Shown piece after piece: positions 21,120 to 21,427 of a DNA stretch of 21,427 nt. Source of the stretch: Ginkgo biloba (lineage: Eukaryota; Plantae; Ginkgophyta); NCBI GenBank assembly GCA_024626585.2, contig JANKJI020000002.1, forward strand, positions 113,133,462 to 113,154,888. The letters are read 5' to 3'. The position numbers and the translations under genes are program-made. The notes beneath the pieces are model-generated. The model was not told the DNA's origin, ran no database searches, and saw nothing but the letters and a program-made list of their open reading frames with translations. The stretch's first letter is position 1. Each line of letters starts with the position of its first letter.

Positions 21120-21427
21120 TTGTTCCTAATCCCTATTGCACTATCTGTAACACAACTAGGGCAGGGAATTTGTTGCACACCTAGTAGCTAGTAGTCTTAA
21201 CAATGTTGTCCCTAGTCCTAAGCATACTATCGCTAGCATAACTAGAGCAGGGAGAATATTACACACCTATTGGTTGGTGCTTCTTCCTCTACCATACTAG
21301 GTCCATGGCTCACTATCGTTAATGCAACTAGGGCAAGGAGAATACTTCTCACCTATTAGCTAGTGCTTTTTCCTCTATCGTCCCTAGTCCCTAACGCACT
21401 GTGGTTAGTGCAACTAGAACAAGGAGA
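21120..21427. repeat. 86-bp tandem repeat, at least 3.5 diverged copies, running off the window end
   Basis: The anchor aactagRRcaRgga occurs at 21154, 21240, 21326 and 21412, exactly 86 apart. Confidence 0.92.

Overview
AT-rich, CpG-poor eukaryotic DNA, almost certainly a large repeat-rich land-plant nuclear genome from a fragmented assembly. There are 15 N-gaps; 7 are exactly 100 N and probably join unrelated scaffolds, so adjacency across them should not be trusted. Most of the window is decayed transposon sequence: two related LTR-like segments in opposite orientation, a duplicated ~0.5/0.8 kb dispersed repeat, a Plant Mobile Domain (PMD) pseudogene behind an acidic ORF, a Ty3/gypsy aspartic protease remnant, an L1-type LINE (ORF1 remnant, APE endonuclease, start of the ORF2 linker) and several tandem arrays. 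The only host-gene-like signal is a pair of clean, phase-compatible GT-AG exons at 14494-15182. They encode a targeting-peptide-like stretch, one transmembrane helix and a sequence resembling the N-terminus of bacterial AsmA-like/TamB-superfamily (repeating beta-groove) proteins, but not TIC236. That gene is the most interesting item. Its family assignment comes from motif recall and needs a profile or structure search.
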